A DNA stretch of 64,000 nt, taken from an uncultured Acidobacteriaceae bacterium. GTDB taxonomy: Bacteria; Acidobacteriota; Terriglobia; Terriglobales; Acidobacteriaceae. Under the pieces are notes generated by a model. The model was given only the letters and a program-made list of their open reading frames with translations. It did no database searches and was not told the DNA's origin. The stretch covers positions 5,918-69,917 of the forward strand of contig CAXTRT010000019.1 of assembly GCA_964246835.1 (NCBI GenBank), read 5' to 3'. Positions 1-9,638 of the stretch are shown here, piece after piece (position 1 is the first letter of the stretch; every line of letters begins with the position of its first letter). A program made the position numbers and the translations under genes.

Positions 1-298
1 CGGGCACCTTGATGGGTCGTCGGTACATGGACACAAACTCGTAGCTTTTATCGTCGAAGCTGTGCCACGGCAGGCGAATATTCGTGTGCGGGATGATCAC
101 CGGCGTGAAGCTCGAGTCGTCGAAGTCCACCGCGTGCGCGGCCTCCGTGACACTTGAGGAATATCGCCAGCCACGATTCATCGGAAGAACGAGTCGGCCC
201 GCGGGAGTTGGCGCAGGCTTCTGTGCCAGAGCCGCTGCGCTCAGCTTCGTTGCCGCCAGAGCGGTCCCGGATGTCTTAAGAAAATGCCTGCGGTCCAT
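1..298 (-). CDS. glycoside hydrolase family 2-like protein, N-terminal fragment (gene continues past window start)
   Basis: Own translation of the minus strand from ATG 298-296 (AGGAG 5 nt upstream): MDRRHFLKTSGTALAATKLSAAALAQ is a twin-arginine signal. It is followed by LPMNRGWRY...FDDSSFTPVIIPHTNIRLPW...YEFVSMYRR, the usual look of a GH2 sugar-binding N-domain. Absent from the ORF track because no stop falls inside the window. Confidence 0.55.
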   Translation of the reverse strand, partial: MDRRHFLKTSGTALAATKLSAAALAQKPAPTPAGRLVLPMNRGWRYSSSVTEAAHAVDFDDSSFTPVIIPHTNIRLPWHSFDDKSYEFVSMYRRPIKVP

Positions 299-424
299 GA
301 GGCTCCTGCGAAATAGAAAATCAGTGCGGTTCCATGTAACCACACTCCGGCAACTCTTCGCGACCGGACCCGCAGCATACGTTTCCGCTCGTGTCTACGT
401 TAGCTTAAAGGCCATGCGAGGCGC

Positions 425-3400
425 TTAGGAACGGCTTTTGCCGCGCGTCGATCGCGGCGTCTCCGCAACAGCAGATTTTGGCCGCCCACTGCGCTCTGAG
501 CTTCGCGCCGGCTCTGCAGCAACGCCTTTCTCCGAGGTGCGAGCAGGAGCTGTCTTCATGGTCTTATCCGGCTGTGAGGCCATCTTTTTACCTGTTAGCG
601 GTCCGCCATTCGTCGATCCACCTGTTGCAGGTGGCGGCGTCTTACGTGGTGTTGGCGCGGTCGCATCTTTCCACAGCAGAAGGAACCGATCCACATCGTA
701 GCCCGCCTTTTCTGCTATCGAGCTTCCGCGCGATACGACGTCTTCGATCGCCTGCAGCGAGTGTGCCGTCCTCTCATCCGCCAGGCCGAAGAGCGACGGC
801 AACTGCAGCCAACTCAGAACCTCTCCGAACTGCTCCCGATTCATATAGCGGATTCCATTCGAGTCGTTAGCCCCAGCAAGCCAGCGCACATCTCCGTCGT
901 TCCAGAACGCCGCAGAGCCGAAGAAGGTAGCCGGTTCATCGCTGCCCGGCGCAAGCAGCAGACGAACGCGCGCCGCGAACCGCCAGGCATCATCCCCATG
1001 CAGTTCAAGGGAGGAGAAGATCTCTGCAAGCGCGGCGCGAAGCTGCAGACCATCAAAGAGCTCCGGACTGACCAGCGTCTCCGACGCATGCAGGATCGCC
1101 CAAGCAAGCACCGGAGCCCACACCGATGTGCTCGCGCCCGCCGAGGTGCTTGGCAGCATGGTACGAACGGAGGGCGGCCACACTGGTGAGAACCTCTGCT
1201 CGATCGCGGGAAGTCCGGCTGCGGCATGAAGCAGATGCCGCAGCGTCGTCACGGAACTTGAGGAAGTTGCCGGCACAGAGGACGCAGATAAGCCTCCCTC
1301 CACTGCCGCGAAGTGCTGCAGTTGATCGAAGAAGAGCGTCGCTGCGCGCACGAGCGGATCAAAACGCGAATCGAGAGTCCGCGCCGCAGCCGGTGCTTCC
1401 GTGCTCGCCGACCTCCGCGAAGCCTTTACATCTGATGTGGACCCTTTCACTGGAGACAAAACCTGCTCCTGCGCGGCCTGCACCAGAGTCTGAATGTGCT
1501 CGCGGCTCAGCACCTGCCGGAGAGCTTCATGCAGGGGGCGAAGGCGCAGCTTTGAGAGGGCTTCGTCCAGATTGTGAACGCCCGCGCCTTGCAGCGCATC
1601 GCACAGCTGATCCCAAGGCTGCTCCGCAGTCGCCTGCAGCTCGCGGAAGTCCTGCAAGACAGCGTACTGATAGCCGCGCAGATCCATCGTGAGACCGTGA
1701 TAGTCCAAGTCGCGCGAGCGCCGCAGGAAGGAGAGCCCACGCGCGGCATCGTGATAGCCGATGATCGTTCCATCCTCGGATCGCAGATCCATCGCCTCAC
1801 GCAGCTGCCGCTGCCGCAGCTGCCCGGTGTACTTGTCCATCGAGGCCACGGAGGTGTGAATCGTTCCGCGCGTGCTGCCGTAGGTGTTGTTATAGAGGAT
1901 GAGCGCACGATCATTGCCGGACCGATTCGAATAGGCGAACACGTTCTCGTCGACACTTCCATGATCAGTCCAAAGGTCGTACATCACGAAGTTCGCGCTC
2001 TCCGCAAAGACGTGCCGGCGCTTCAGCAGCGGACCAATCTCCTGCTGGTGCCGCGATGCCAGACTTTCATTCGGCCACTCATCCATGCGCGCGCGCTTGT
2101 ACTCCATGCCATAGCGCTCGGTGTAGCCCTCAACCTGGCCATGGCCAAACATCGGCAGCCCCGGCAGCGTAGACATCAGTGTCGCCACGCCAAAGCACTT
2201 GTCGCCCGAGCCAAACTGGTCGATTGTTGTGCGCTCATCCGGGTTCGACATGAAGTTCACATAGCGCTTCAGAATGTCCGGGTCGAACTCGATCGTCTTC
2301 TTCAGGTACGAGCGATACTTCGCATTCTCCTCGTCGCGCAGCATGTTCATAAATGCCGAGTTGTACACGCGGTGCATGCCCAGCGTGCGCACAAAATATC
2401 CTTCAAGCATCCAGAAGGCCTCCGCCAGCAGCAGCGTTCCCGGCACCTCGGCCGCTACGCGGTCGACGACCTCACGCCAGAACTCCGCCGGCATCACCGC
2501 ATCGAACTCCTCCTGCGTCATCGCGGACTCTGCACGCGATGGAATGGAGCCGCCAACGCCTGGCAGAGGGAACCACAGCCGCTGCACATGCCGCTTCGCC
2601 AGCGTCATTGCGGCATCGAAGCGAATGATCGGGAACATCCGGGCCACATGCAGAATGGCCTGGATGACGTGCTCACGGACGTACGCCTTCGAGTAGTCGA
2701 GCTGCGCCGTATCGTTCCACGCGAAGGTGGTTCCATCGTTGCCGTGATACACGAAGCGCGTCTCGCCACTATTCTGCTGGCGCAGACGGAAGACCACCGC
2801 CGCATCAGTCTGGTCGAAGTAATGATCTTCAATCTTGATCTCAACCCGCGAGTCGCCTGAAAGATCAGGCCCCTCAAAGCTGTACGAGGGAAACGGACTC
2901 TCCGGCCGCGAGATAAACCAGTCCGGGTGCTCAATCACCCAGTTCGAGTCGATGCCCATGTGGTTCGGCACCATGTCGCTGGCCAGCCGAATACCAGCCG
3001 CGGCCGCGCGGTCGCGCAGGGTCTCGTACGCTCCCGGGCCACCAAGATCTTCGGCGATCTGATAGTCCTTCAACGAGTATGCGGACGCGACCGAGTCCTC
3101 CTGTCCGCGCAGGCGCTTGATCGTTCGTGACGCAATGCTGCGCTCCCACAGGCCAATCAGCCACAGACCTGTCATGCCGCGCTGCGCAAGCAGCCGCAGC
3201 TCTTCATCCGGAATCTGGTCCAGCCGATGGATGTGCCGCCCGTACTTCTTCGAGAGCTGCTCGAGCCACACATACGTGCTCTTTGCCATCAGCACGACCG
3301 TCGGCATCCACGCCTGGTCTTCGCTGAAGGCCTCATACTCATTCAGCGGTGCCTGATGGTCTGCGGCATAGCGCCGGCGTCTCGCCTCCGCCTCCGCGAA

Positions 3401-4261
3401 GCCGACGAACTCGTCTCCCACAAAGCCGGCAGCCCCAAAGTCCTGCCTACCCCTGCCCCCAAAGCGGCCCGGCACAGGCGGATGGAAGCGCATCCAGATC
3501 GCAATGTCCTCTTCGCGCAGCACATCGATCGCGAGCAGCGTGCGCCGCAGATCCTCTCCCAGGAAGGGAGCCCAGCGCTCACGAATAAAGTCGAGCTGGC
3601 CTGAGAGCGAATCGGGCGCGGCCAGCATCGGCGCGCGCAGCACATCGAGCAACGTGCCCGCATCGGCGCTCCACTCGGGACGCGTCGCGAAGTAGTGGTC
3701 AAGATCGTCCGTGACTTGCGTGTACGCGGTCTGGACGGCGAGTGGCTGATCGTCGAAGAGCTCGCGAAACGGCGCAAACGCCGGGTTAATATTCCCGAGC
3801 CAAAGCAGCAGCAGCTCTTCAAACGCCGCCTCCCGATGAGACATGGACCCGGTCGTCTGCGCCAGCCACTCGTCGACAGTCAGATCTCCACGAAAGACCG
3901 CCACGGTCGGAAACTGTTCTGAGAACTCCCGCAGCAGCGCCGCAATCTGTTCGGCTGGAAGCTGTGTACTGAACCAGCGTAGCGCCTCGGTCATCACCGC
4001 CGGATCGATCTCTTCGCGAAATCGCGCAACGATGGCATGGCTGAGCTCATCGATGAGACCCATGGCAAACAGCGCGCCCGCGTTGACTACATCCGAGGGC
4101 TGTCCCGCGTCCCCACGCGCAGCTTCGCGCAGCTCGTTCCATTGCGCCGCCAGCTTGCGGCTTGCAGCAACGTTGCCGAAGATCACATTGCCATCGAACT
4201 CGAAGAGAAGATCATCGAGGGCAAGTTTCTCTCGAAAGGCGCGGGAGATATGAAATTCCAT
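425..4261 (-). CDS. large alpha-amylase family (GH13-like) glycoside hydrolase with long N- and C-terminal extensions
   Basis: 1278-aa ORF. GH13 signature regions occur in canonical order: DMVPNHMG, IRFDAAMTLAKRH, LLLAEAFW, FMSNPDE. About 330 aa precede and about 480 aa follow the catalytic core. K/R/P/S-rich C-terminal tail; no signal peptide seen. Confidence 0.85.
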   Translation of the reverse strand: MEFHISRAFREKLALDDLLFEFDGNVIFGNVAASRKLAAQWNELREAARGDAGQPSDVVNAGALFAMGLIDELSHAIVARFREEIDPAVMTEALRWFSTQLPAEQIAALLREFSEQFPTVAVFRGDLTVDEWLAQTTGSMSHREAAFEELLLLWLGNINPAFAPFRELFDDQPLAVQTAYTQVTDDLDHYFATRPEWSADAGTLLDVLRAPMLAAPDSLSGQLDFIRERWAPFLGEDLRRTLLAIDVLREEDIAIWMRFHPPVPGRFGGRGRQDFGAAGFVGDEFVGFAEAEARRRRYAADHQAPLNEYEAFSEDQAWMPTVVLMAKSTYVWLEQLSKKYGRHIHRLDQIPDEELRLLAQRGMTGLWLIGLWERSIASRTIKRLRGQEDSVASAYSLKDYQIAEDLGGPGAYETLRDRAAAAGIRLASDMVPNHMGIDSNWVIEHPDWFISRPESPFPSYSFEGPDLSGDSRVEIKIEDHYFDQTDAAVVFRLRQQNSGETRFVYHGNDGTTFAWNDTAQLDYSKAYVREHVIQAILHVARMFPIIRFDAAMTLAKRHVQRLWFPLPGVGGSIPSRAESAMTQEEFDAVMPAEFWREVVDRVAAEVPGTLLLAEAFWMLEGYFVRTLGMHRVYNSAFMNMLRDEENAKYRSYLKKTIEFDPDILKRYVNFMSNPDERTTIDQFGSGDKCFGVATLMSTLPGLPMFGHGQVEGYTERYGMEYKRARMDEWPNESLASRHQQEIGPLLKRRHVFAESANFVMYDLWTDHGSVDENVFAYSNRSGNDRALILYNNTYGSTRGTIHTSVASMDKYTGQLRQRQLREAMDLRSEDGTIIGYHDAARGLSFLRRSRDLDYHGLTMDLRGYQYAVLQDFRELQATAEQPWDQLCDALQGAGVHNLDEALSKLRLRPLHEALRQVLSREHIQTLVQAAQEQVLSPVKGSTSDVKASRRSASTEAPAAARTLDSRFDPLVRAATLFFDQLQHFAAVEGGLSASSVPATSSSSVTTLRHLLHAAAGLPAIEQRFSPVWPPSVRTMLPSTSAGASTSVWAPVLAWAILHASETLVSPELFDGLQLRAALAEIFSSLELHGDDAWRFAARVRLLLAPGSDEPATFFGSAAFWNDGDVRWLAGANDSNGIRYMNREQFGEVLSWLQLPSLFGLADERTAHSLQAIEDVVSRGSSIAEKAGYDVDRFLLLWKDATAPTPRKTPPPATGGSTNGGPLTGKKMASQPDKTMKTAPARTSEKGVAAEPARSSERSGRPKSAVAETPRSTRGKSRS

Positions 4262-4422
4262 GCTCGGCTGTTCCTTCTGGATCTCTGGGGATGAGTGCTC
4301 TCTTTAGTGAAACACGAGTGCCGGATCGTGCGTTTGAGGGAAGGATCAAAACGGAGGCAGACAGCAGGCGCCTTCTTACGACTATTGCGCGACGCGAATC
4401 CGTCCTAACTTTGGATGCATCG

Positions 4423-4476
4423 CCCGCCCGCAGCTTTGCATGCTTCGGGCGGGACGCGGAAAACGTCTTTTCCGCG
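4423..4476 (-). terminator. tandem hairpins downstream of the cysteine desulfurase gene (possible operon terminator)
   Basis: Plus-strand CCCGCCCG-N15-CGGGCGGG (4423-4453) and CGCGGAAAA-cgtc-TTTTCCGCG (4455-4476) start 10 nt after the stop at 4486-4488. There is no clean U-tract after the second stem. Confidence 0.4.
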
Positions 4477-4485
4477 CGGATCGGT

Positions 4486-5640
4486 TCAGGGCGCGATGGC
4501 ATGGACAGCGGCGCACGCGTCCCGAACAGCGTGTATCACGGTCTGAATCTGCTCTCCAGTCGTCGCGTCGCCCAGCGTAAAGCGGACCGCGGTCTGTGCT
4601 ACATCGGGCGCCAAGCCCATGGCCAGCAGCACATGCGATGGCCGGTCGCTGCCCGCGGCGCATGCCGATCCGCTGGAGCAGAGAACGCCCCGCTCCTCCA
4701 GTTGCAGCAGCACCGATTCCCCGCTCGTTCCCGGAAAGCAGAACGATGCGCTGTTCGGGAGCCGGCCCGCTGAATCCCTGGCTGCGGCTCCGGTGAGCAG
4801 CGCATCGGGAACATCGGCTAGAACCCCGCGAATCAGCTCGTCGCGCAAGGTTTGCAGTCGTGCTGCACGCTCCGGCTGAGACTTCAACGCAAGTTCAAGC
4901 GCTAGCGCAAAACCCACAGCGCCGGCGACATTCTCGGTCCCGGATCGCCGACCGCGCTCCTGCCCGCCGCCGTGCAGCACCGGCTCAGCCGGTAACCGCC
5001 CTCGCAGGTAGAGCACGCCCGTCCCCTTCGGCGCGCCCAGCTTGTGCCCAGCAAGGCTCATCGCATCCACGTCCATTGCACGCACGTTCAGCGGCAGCGA
5101 TCCAGCCGCCTGCACAGCGTCCGTGTGCACCGGGACGCTCCATCCATGCGCCACGCTGACAATCTCACCCATCGGCTGGATCGTGCCGACCTCGTTGTTC
5201 GCCAGCATCACCGAGCAGAGCGTCGTCTCCGCGGTAATCGTCGTCTTGAGTTCTTCAAGATCGATCCGGCCTACGCCATCGACGGCTACCTGCGATATGC
5301 GAAACCCATGATGCCGCCGCAGGTAGTCGCACGACTCGAGCACCGCCTCATGCTCAATGGGCGTCGTCACAATGTGCCGCCCGCGCGGCGTTGCCAGCGC
5401 AATGCCCTTGATCGCCAGATTGTCCGCCTCGGTTCCGCCCGAGGTGAAGATCACCTCACTCGCGCGGCAGCCGAGACTCACCGCGACCCGCGCCCGTGCA
5501 TCGGCCAGCGCCCGCGCCGCCTGCTCGCCCAGCGAGTGATGGCTCGACGCGTTGCCAAACTCCCCCGTCAGATACGGCCACATCGCTTCGAGCACCTCGC
5601 GGCGCACCGGCGTCGTCGCGGCTGCATCGAGGTAAATCAC
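4486..5640 (-). CDS. cysteine desulfurase (NifS/IscS-like, class V aminotransferase)
   Basis: 384 aa. N-terminus MIYLDAAATTP, PLP-lysine context SLAGHKLGAPKG, active-site loop CSSGSACAAGS. Start overlaps the nadC stop by 4 nt. Confidence 0.9.
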   Translation of the reverse strand: MIYLDAAATTPVRREVLEAMWPYLTGEFGNASSHHSLGEQAARALADARARVAVSLGCRASEVIFTSGGTEADNLAIKGIALATPRGRHIVTTPIEHEAVLESCDYLRRHHGFRISQVAVDGVGRIDLEELKTTITAETTLCSVMLANNEVGTIQPMGEIVSVAHGWSVPVHTDAVQAAGSLPLNVRAMDVDAMSLAGHKLGAPKGTGVLYLRGRLPAEPVLHGGGQERGRRSGTENVAGAVGFALALELALKSQPERAARLQTLRDELIRGVLADVPDALLTGAAARDSAGRLPNSASFCFPGTSGESVLLQLEERGVLCSSGSACAAGSDRPSHVLLAMGLAPDVAQTAVRFTLGDATTGEQIQTVIHAVRDACAAVHAIAP

Positions 5641-6557
5641 GCAGTCGTCTCCCCATGCGTGTTCAAGCCCACATCTAAACCCAGATCAAGCGACCGCACA
5701 CTGTGCGTCAGCGCACCCACCGAGATGATATCGACGCCCGTCTCCGCAATCGCCCGCACCGTCTCCAGCCGCACCGTGCCGCTCGCCTCCACCAGCGCCC
5801 GGCCGCCCACCTGCTTCACCCCTGCTCGCAGATCGTCGACCGCAAAGTTGTCGAGCATGATGGTGTCCACACCAGCGGCAAGCACCGGCTCAATCTGCTC
5901 TGCGCGATCCACCTCCACCTCAAAGTGCGCCGTGTGCGGCAGCCTCGTTCGTACCGCGCGTAGAGCTTCGGACAGTGTTCTAGTTCCATCCGCCAGCAGG
6001 ATCGCCAAATGGTTATCCTTCGCCATCACCGCGTCCGAGAGTGAAAAGCGATGGTTGTAGCCGCCGCCGCAGCGCACCGCATAGCGCTCAAACAGTCGCA
6101 GACCCGGCGTCGTCTTGCGCGTATCCACGATGCGTGCGCGCGTGCCCTCAATCGCCGCGACAAACCTCGCCGTTGACGTCGCGATACCAGAAAGCCGCTG
6201 CACAAAGTTCAGCGCAATCCGTTCCGCCTGCAGCACAGCGCGCGCCGGCCCGCGAACCTGGGCGAGCACACTTCCCTGCTCAAAGCCCTGTCCGTCCGCG
6301 ATGAAAAAAGTCGTCCGGATCGACTCATCCGTGAGCGTCATCGCCGCGCTGAAGATCGCAGCCCCGCTCAGCACGCCGCTCTCCCGCGCCACCAGCTGCG
6401 CCGTTATCGTCGCCGCTTCGGGAATCAGCGTCTGTGAGGTCAGGTCGCCCCACGGTGCATCCTCCAGCAGAGCCATCCGCACCACGCGTTCGATGCTCTC
6501 GGCACTGAGCGGCATCAGCAGCGCCGGTGGTGTCAGCAGCGCTGGCGGCATCAACAT
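5637..6557 (-). CDS. nadC: nicotinate-nucleotide pyrophosphorylase (quinolinate phosphoribosyltransferase)
   Basis: 306 aa with LLEDAPWGDLTS, DTRKTTPGLR, GGGYNHRFSLSD, IMLDN, EASGTV. Three in-frame Met occur in the first 15 codons, so the exact start (6557, 6551 or 6515) is uncertain. Confidence 0.9.
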   Translation of the reverse strand: MLMPPALLTPPALLMPLSAESIERVVRMALLEDAPWGDLTSQTLIPEAATITAQLVARESGVLSGAAIFSAAMTLTDESIRTTFFIADGQGFEQGSVLAQVRGPARAVLQAERIALNFVQRLSGIATSTARFVAAIEGTRARIVDTRKTTPGLRLFERYAVRCGGGYNHRFSLSDAVMAKDNHLAILLADGTRTLSEALRAVRTRLPHTAHFEVEVDRAEQIEPVLAAGVDTIMLDNFAVDDLRAGVKQVGGRALVEASGTVRLETVRAIAETGVDIISVGALTHSVRSLDLGLDVGLNTHGETTA

Positions 6558-8095
6558 GGAACCGACACCGTGCGCGCGTACACCGATGCATGCTGCAATG
6601 CCGGCGAGAGATCCGGAAAGTCGACGCGATAGTGCGCCCCACGAGACTCCTCACGCGCCAACGCGGACGCGACCACCACCCGCGCGATCGTCAACAGATT
6701 CGCCGTCTCAAGCTCATACGCACCCGCACCCTCGCCAGACCATCGCGCCAGCTGCGCCGCCGCCGCACGAAGATCCGTCGCCTCCCGTTGGATCCCAGCT
6801 GCATTCCACATCAGCTGCTGCAGGTCGGTACGATCAATCGTCGCTTCCGTGATCTTCGCCTCACTCTCGGTCGGCTCCGTCTGCTCGGCCTTCGCATCCC
6901 ACACCGGCCAGTTCCCATTCACCGGCCATGCTGGCTCGTTGAGCAGATGCGCCGCGCGCCACGCAAACACGAGGCTCTCGAGCAGCGAGTTCGACGCCAG
7001 CCGGTTCGCCCCATGCACGCCCGTGCACGCCACCTCGCCCGCCGCGAACAGCCCCGGCAACGAGCTGCGCCCCCATGTATCCGTCCGCACACCGCCCATC
7101 CAGTAGTGCGCCGCGGGCGTCACCGGGATCGGCACCTCCGACCAGTCCAGCCCGTTGCGCCGGCAGGCCGCATCGATCGTCGGAAAGCGTTCGGCCAGGA
7201 ACTTTGCGCCCAGCGCTGTCGCATCGAGCAGCACCGGCCGGCCGCCCTGCTTCGCCATCTGCGATGCAATACCCCGCGCCACCACATCGCGCGGCGCCAG
7301 CTCCGCACCCGCGTGCACCGCCTGCATAAAGCGGTTGCCGTCGACATCCCGCAGCACCGCTCCGTCCCCGCGCACCGCCTCCGAGATCAGAAAGTTTCCC
7401 GGCACCGCCAGTGCTGTGGGATGAAACTGGTAAAACTCCAGGTTCGCAACCTCGGCCCCGGCCCGCAGCGCCAGCGCAACGCCATCGCCCGTCGCCACAC
7501 TCGGGTTCGTCGTATGCCGGTACAGCTGTCCCGCTCCGCCGCTCGCCAGAATCACCGCGTCTGCATCGAGCACGCGCCGCCGGCCGTCCTCGTCAAGCAC
7601 TTCAAGCCCTGCCACGCGATCCTCGCGCAGCACCAAGTCGCACGCAAACGTATGTTCGAGCACCGTAATCTTCTGCGCCGCCCGCACCGCCCGCACCAGC
7701 GCCATTTCGATCGCCAGCCCGGTCGCGTCGCCGCCGGCATGCAGCACCCGCGCGCGCGAGTGCGCCGCCTCCAACGCGCGCGCCAGCTCGCCGTTACGCT
7801 GGTCAAATACCACCCCCAGGTCGATCAGGTCCATCACGCGTTGCGGCCCCTCCGAGCACAGCACCTCCACCGCGCCTAGATCGCACAGCCCGGCCCCCGC
7901 TCGCAGCGTATCCGCAACGTGCTCCTCCACGCTGTCATCGCGGAACAGCGCCGCCGCGATGCCGCCCTGCGCATACCGCGTGTTGCTTTCCGCCAACTGC
8001 GCCTTGGTCACGAGCGTTACGGTATGCGCCCGGCTCGTCTCAAGCGCCGCAATCAATCCAGCAATTCCGCTGCCCACAACGATGACGTGCTTCAT
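6551..8095 (-). CDS. nadB: L-aspartate oxidase
   Basis: 514 aa. FAD-binding N-terminus VIVVGSGIAGL, plus YAQGGIAA and GANRLASNSLLE. ATGA-type 4-nt overlap with the nadA stop. Confidence 0.93.
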   Translation of the reverse strand: MKHVIVVGSGIAGLIAALETSRAHTVTLVTKAQLAESNTRYAQGGIAAALFRDDSVEEHVADTLRAGAGLCDLGAVEVLCSEGPQRVMDLIDLGVVFDQRNGELARALEAAHSRARVLHAGGDATGLAIEMALVRAVRAAQKITVLEHTFACDLVLREDRVAGLEVLDEDGRRRVLDADAVILASGGAGQLYRHTTNPSVATGDGVALALRAGAEVANLEFYQFHPTALAVPGNFLISEAVRGDGAVLRDVDGNRFMQAVHAGAELAPRDVVARGIASQMAKQGGRPVLLDATALGAKFLAERFPTIDAACRRNGLDWSEVPIPVTPAAHYWMGGVRTDTWGRSSLPGLFAAGEVACTGVHGANRLASNSLLESLVFAWRAAHLLNEPAWPVNGNWPVWDAKAEQTEPTESEAKITEATIDRTDLQQLMWNAAGIQREATDLRAAAAQLARWSGEGAGAYELETANLLTIARVVVASALAREESRGAHYRVDFPDLSPALQHASVYARTVSVPC

Positions 8096-9417
8096 CGCGC
8101 ACCTCCCGCGGCGTTTGCCGGCTTCAGGCTCAGCATGCGTTCAAGCGCCACCCGCGCCGGTGCCGCCGTCGCCTCATCCACTGTAATCCGGTTCAGCACC
8201 TCACCCCGCTCCAAAGCCTCGAGTACCCACGCCAGATACCCCGGATGAATCCGATACATCGTCGAACACGGGCAGATCACCGGATCCAGGCAGAAGATCG
8301 TGTGCTCCGGATGCTCGTTCGCCAACCGCTGCACCATATTGATCTCCGTACCAACCGCGAACACGCCGCCCGCCGCCGCCGCCTCGATCGCCTTCTTGAT
8401 GTAGTCCGTCGACCCGGCCTCGTCCGCCGCGTCCACCACCTCCATCGGGCACTCCGGATGCACGATCACGCGCACCCCCGGATACTCCTTGCGCGCCTTC
8501 GCAATCTGCTCCACCGTAAACCGCTTGTGCACTGAGCAGAACCCATGCCACAGCAGCACCCGCGCATCCTTCAGCGTCTCGGCTGAGCTCCCGCCCAGCG
8601 GCTTGCGTGGATCCCACACCGGCATCTGCGCCATCGGTACGCCCATCGCCTTCGCCGTGTTCCGTCCCAGATGCTGGTCCGGAAAGAACAGCACCCGCTG
8701 CCCGCGCTCAAACGCCCACGTCAGCACTGCCTTTGCGTTCGACGACGTGCACACAATCCCGCCATGCCGCCCGCAAAACCCCTTCAGCGCCGCCGACGAG
8801 TTCATATACGTCACCGGAACCACCGGCATCCGCCCGCTCGCATCCGGCTCCGTGCCGAAGATCTCCTCCAGCTGCTCCCAGCACTCCTCGACCGAGTCCA
8901 GGTCGGCCATATCCGCCATCGAGCAGCCCGCCGCCAGATTCGGCAGAATCACCGACTGGTGCGGCCCGGAGAGCATGTCCGCCGTCTCCGCCATAAAGTG
9001 CACGCCGCAGAAGACGATCGCCTCCGCCGCCGTCCGCGTCTTCGCCGCCTGCGCAAGTTGAAATGAATCCCCTACAAAATCCGCGTACTGCACCACCTCG
9101 TCACGCTGGTAGAAATGCCCCAGAATTACCACGCGCGCGCCCAGAGTATGCCGCGCGGCGCGGATCCGAAGATCCAGCTCCGCCGGCGTCGCCTTCCTGT
9201 ACTCCTCAGGCAGACCGCCCTGCCGCGGCGCGTTCGCCGGAATCGCGTCCAGCACCGAAGCGCCAGGACCATAGCTCGGCGGCAGCGCGTCAAACACCCA
9301 CGGCCCCTCCGCCAAACCCACGTCACAGGTGGTCAACGCCGGCGCCGCAGGTAGCGTTCCCGCGCCTGCAAGCTGCTGTATATGAACGAGTTGAATTGTG
9401 CTATCGACCGATGCCAA
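8092..9417 (-). CDS. nadA: quinolinate synthase (long form)
   Basis: 441 aa. TTG start with AGGAGA 5 nt upstream. Motifs ILGHFYQRDEV, GVHFMAETADML, AGCSMADMA, VTYMNSSA, VHPECP, ICPCSTM. Confidence 0.92.
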   Translation of the reverse strand: MASVDSTIQLVHIQQLAGAGTLPAAPALTTCDVGLAEGPWVFDALPPSYGPGASVLDAIPANAPRQGGLPEEYRKATPAELDLRIRAARHTLGARVVILGHFYQRDEVVQYADFVGDSFQLAQAAKTRTAAEAIVFCGVHFMAETADMLSGPHQSVILPNLAAGCSMADMADLDSVEECWEQLEEIFGTEPDASGRMPVVPVTYMNSSAALKGFCGRHGGIVCTSSNAKAVLTWAFERGQRVLFFPDQHLGRNTAKAMGVPMAQMPVWDPRKPLGGSSAETLKDARVLLWHGFCSVHKRFTVEQIAKARKEYPGVRVIVHPECPMEVVDAADEAGSTDYIKKAIEAAAAGGVFAVGTEINMVQRLANEHPEHTIFCLDPVICPCSTMYRIHPGYLAWVLEALERGEVLNRITVDEATAAPARVALERMLSLKPANAAGGAR

Positions 9418-9638
9418 GGCTCTCTCCTGCTGAGGCGTCAGACTTCGCTGTCATGCCCTGACCCTCATCGCAATCTCCCGTGCCGTCTGCCGCGGTCAAT
9501 TGTCCTGCTTAAAGTATGAGGGATAAGCCAAAAAGTCGCAGCATTCGCCACGCCGCCTCCATCCCTGGCAAAAAAACCGCCACGGACTGGAACCACAATC
9601 CCCTCTTTTCCGTTGCCCCCCTCCTTTGGTTGTCACTG

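Noticed and set aside
84-428. 114-aa plus-strand ORF at the window start
   Set aside because: It overlaps the minus-strand GH2 N-terminal fragment (Tat signal and GH2 N-domain pattern, good RBS) and resembles no family.
1574-2860. 428-aa ORF on the plus strand
   Set aside because: It lies entirely antisense to the GH13-like gene. Its Arg/Leu/His-rich composition is typical of the reverse frame of GC-rich coding DNA, and no motif is recognisable.
5044-7879. 338-aa and 450-aa plus-strand ORFs across the NAD operon
   Set aside because: They are antisense to clearly identified nifS-like, nadC and nadB genes and have Arg/Pro/His-rich artefact composition.
9418-9638. Expected a class I NAD+ riboswitch (nadA motif) in the nadA leader, since the motif is associated with Acidobacteria
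   Set aside because: The transcribed (minus) strand of the leader has no CCCC run, whereas I recall a conserved ACANCCCC element in each domain. I also could not fold tandem bulged stems by eye. A covariance-model search is still needed for certainty.
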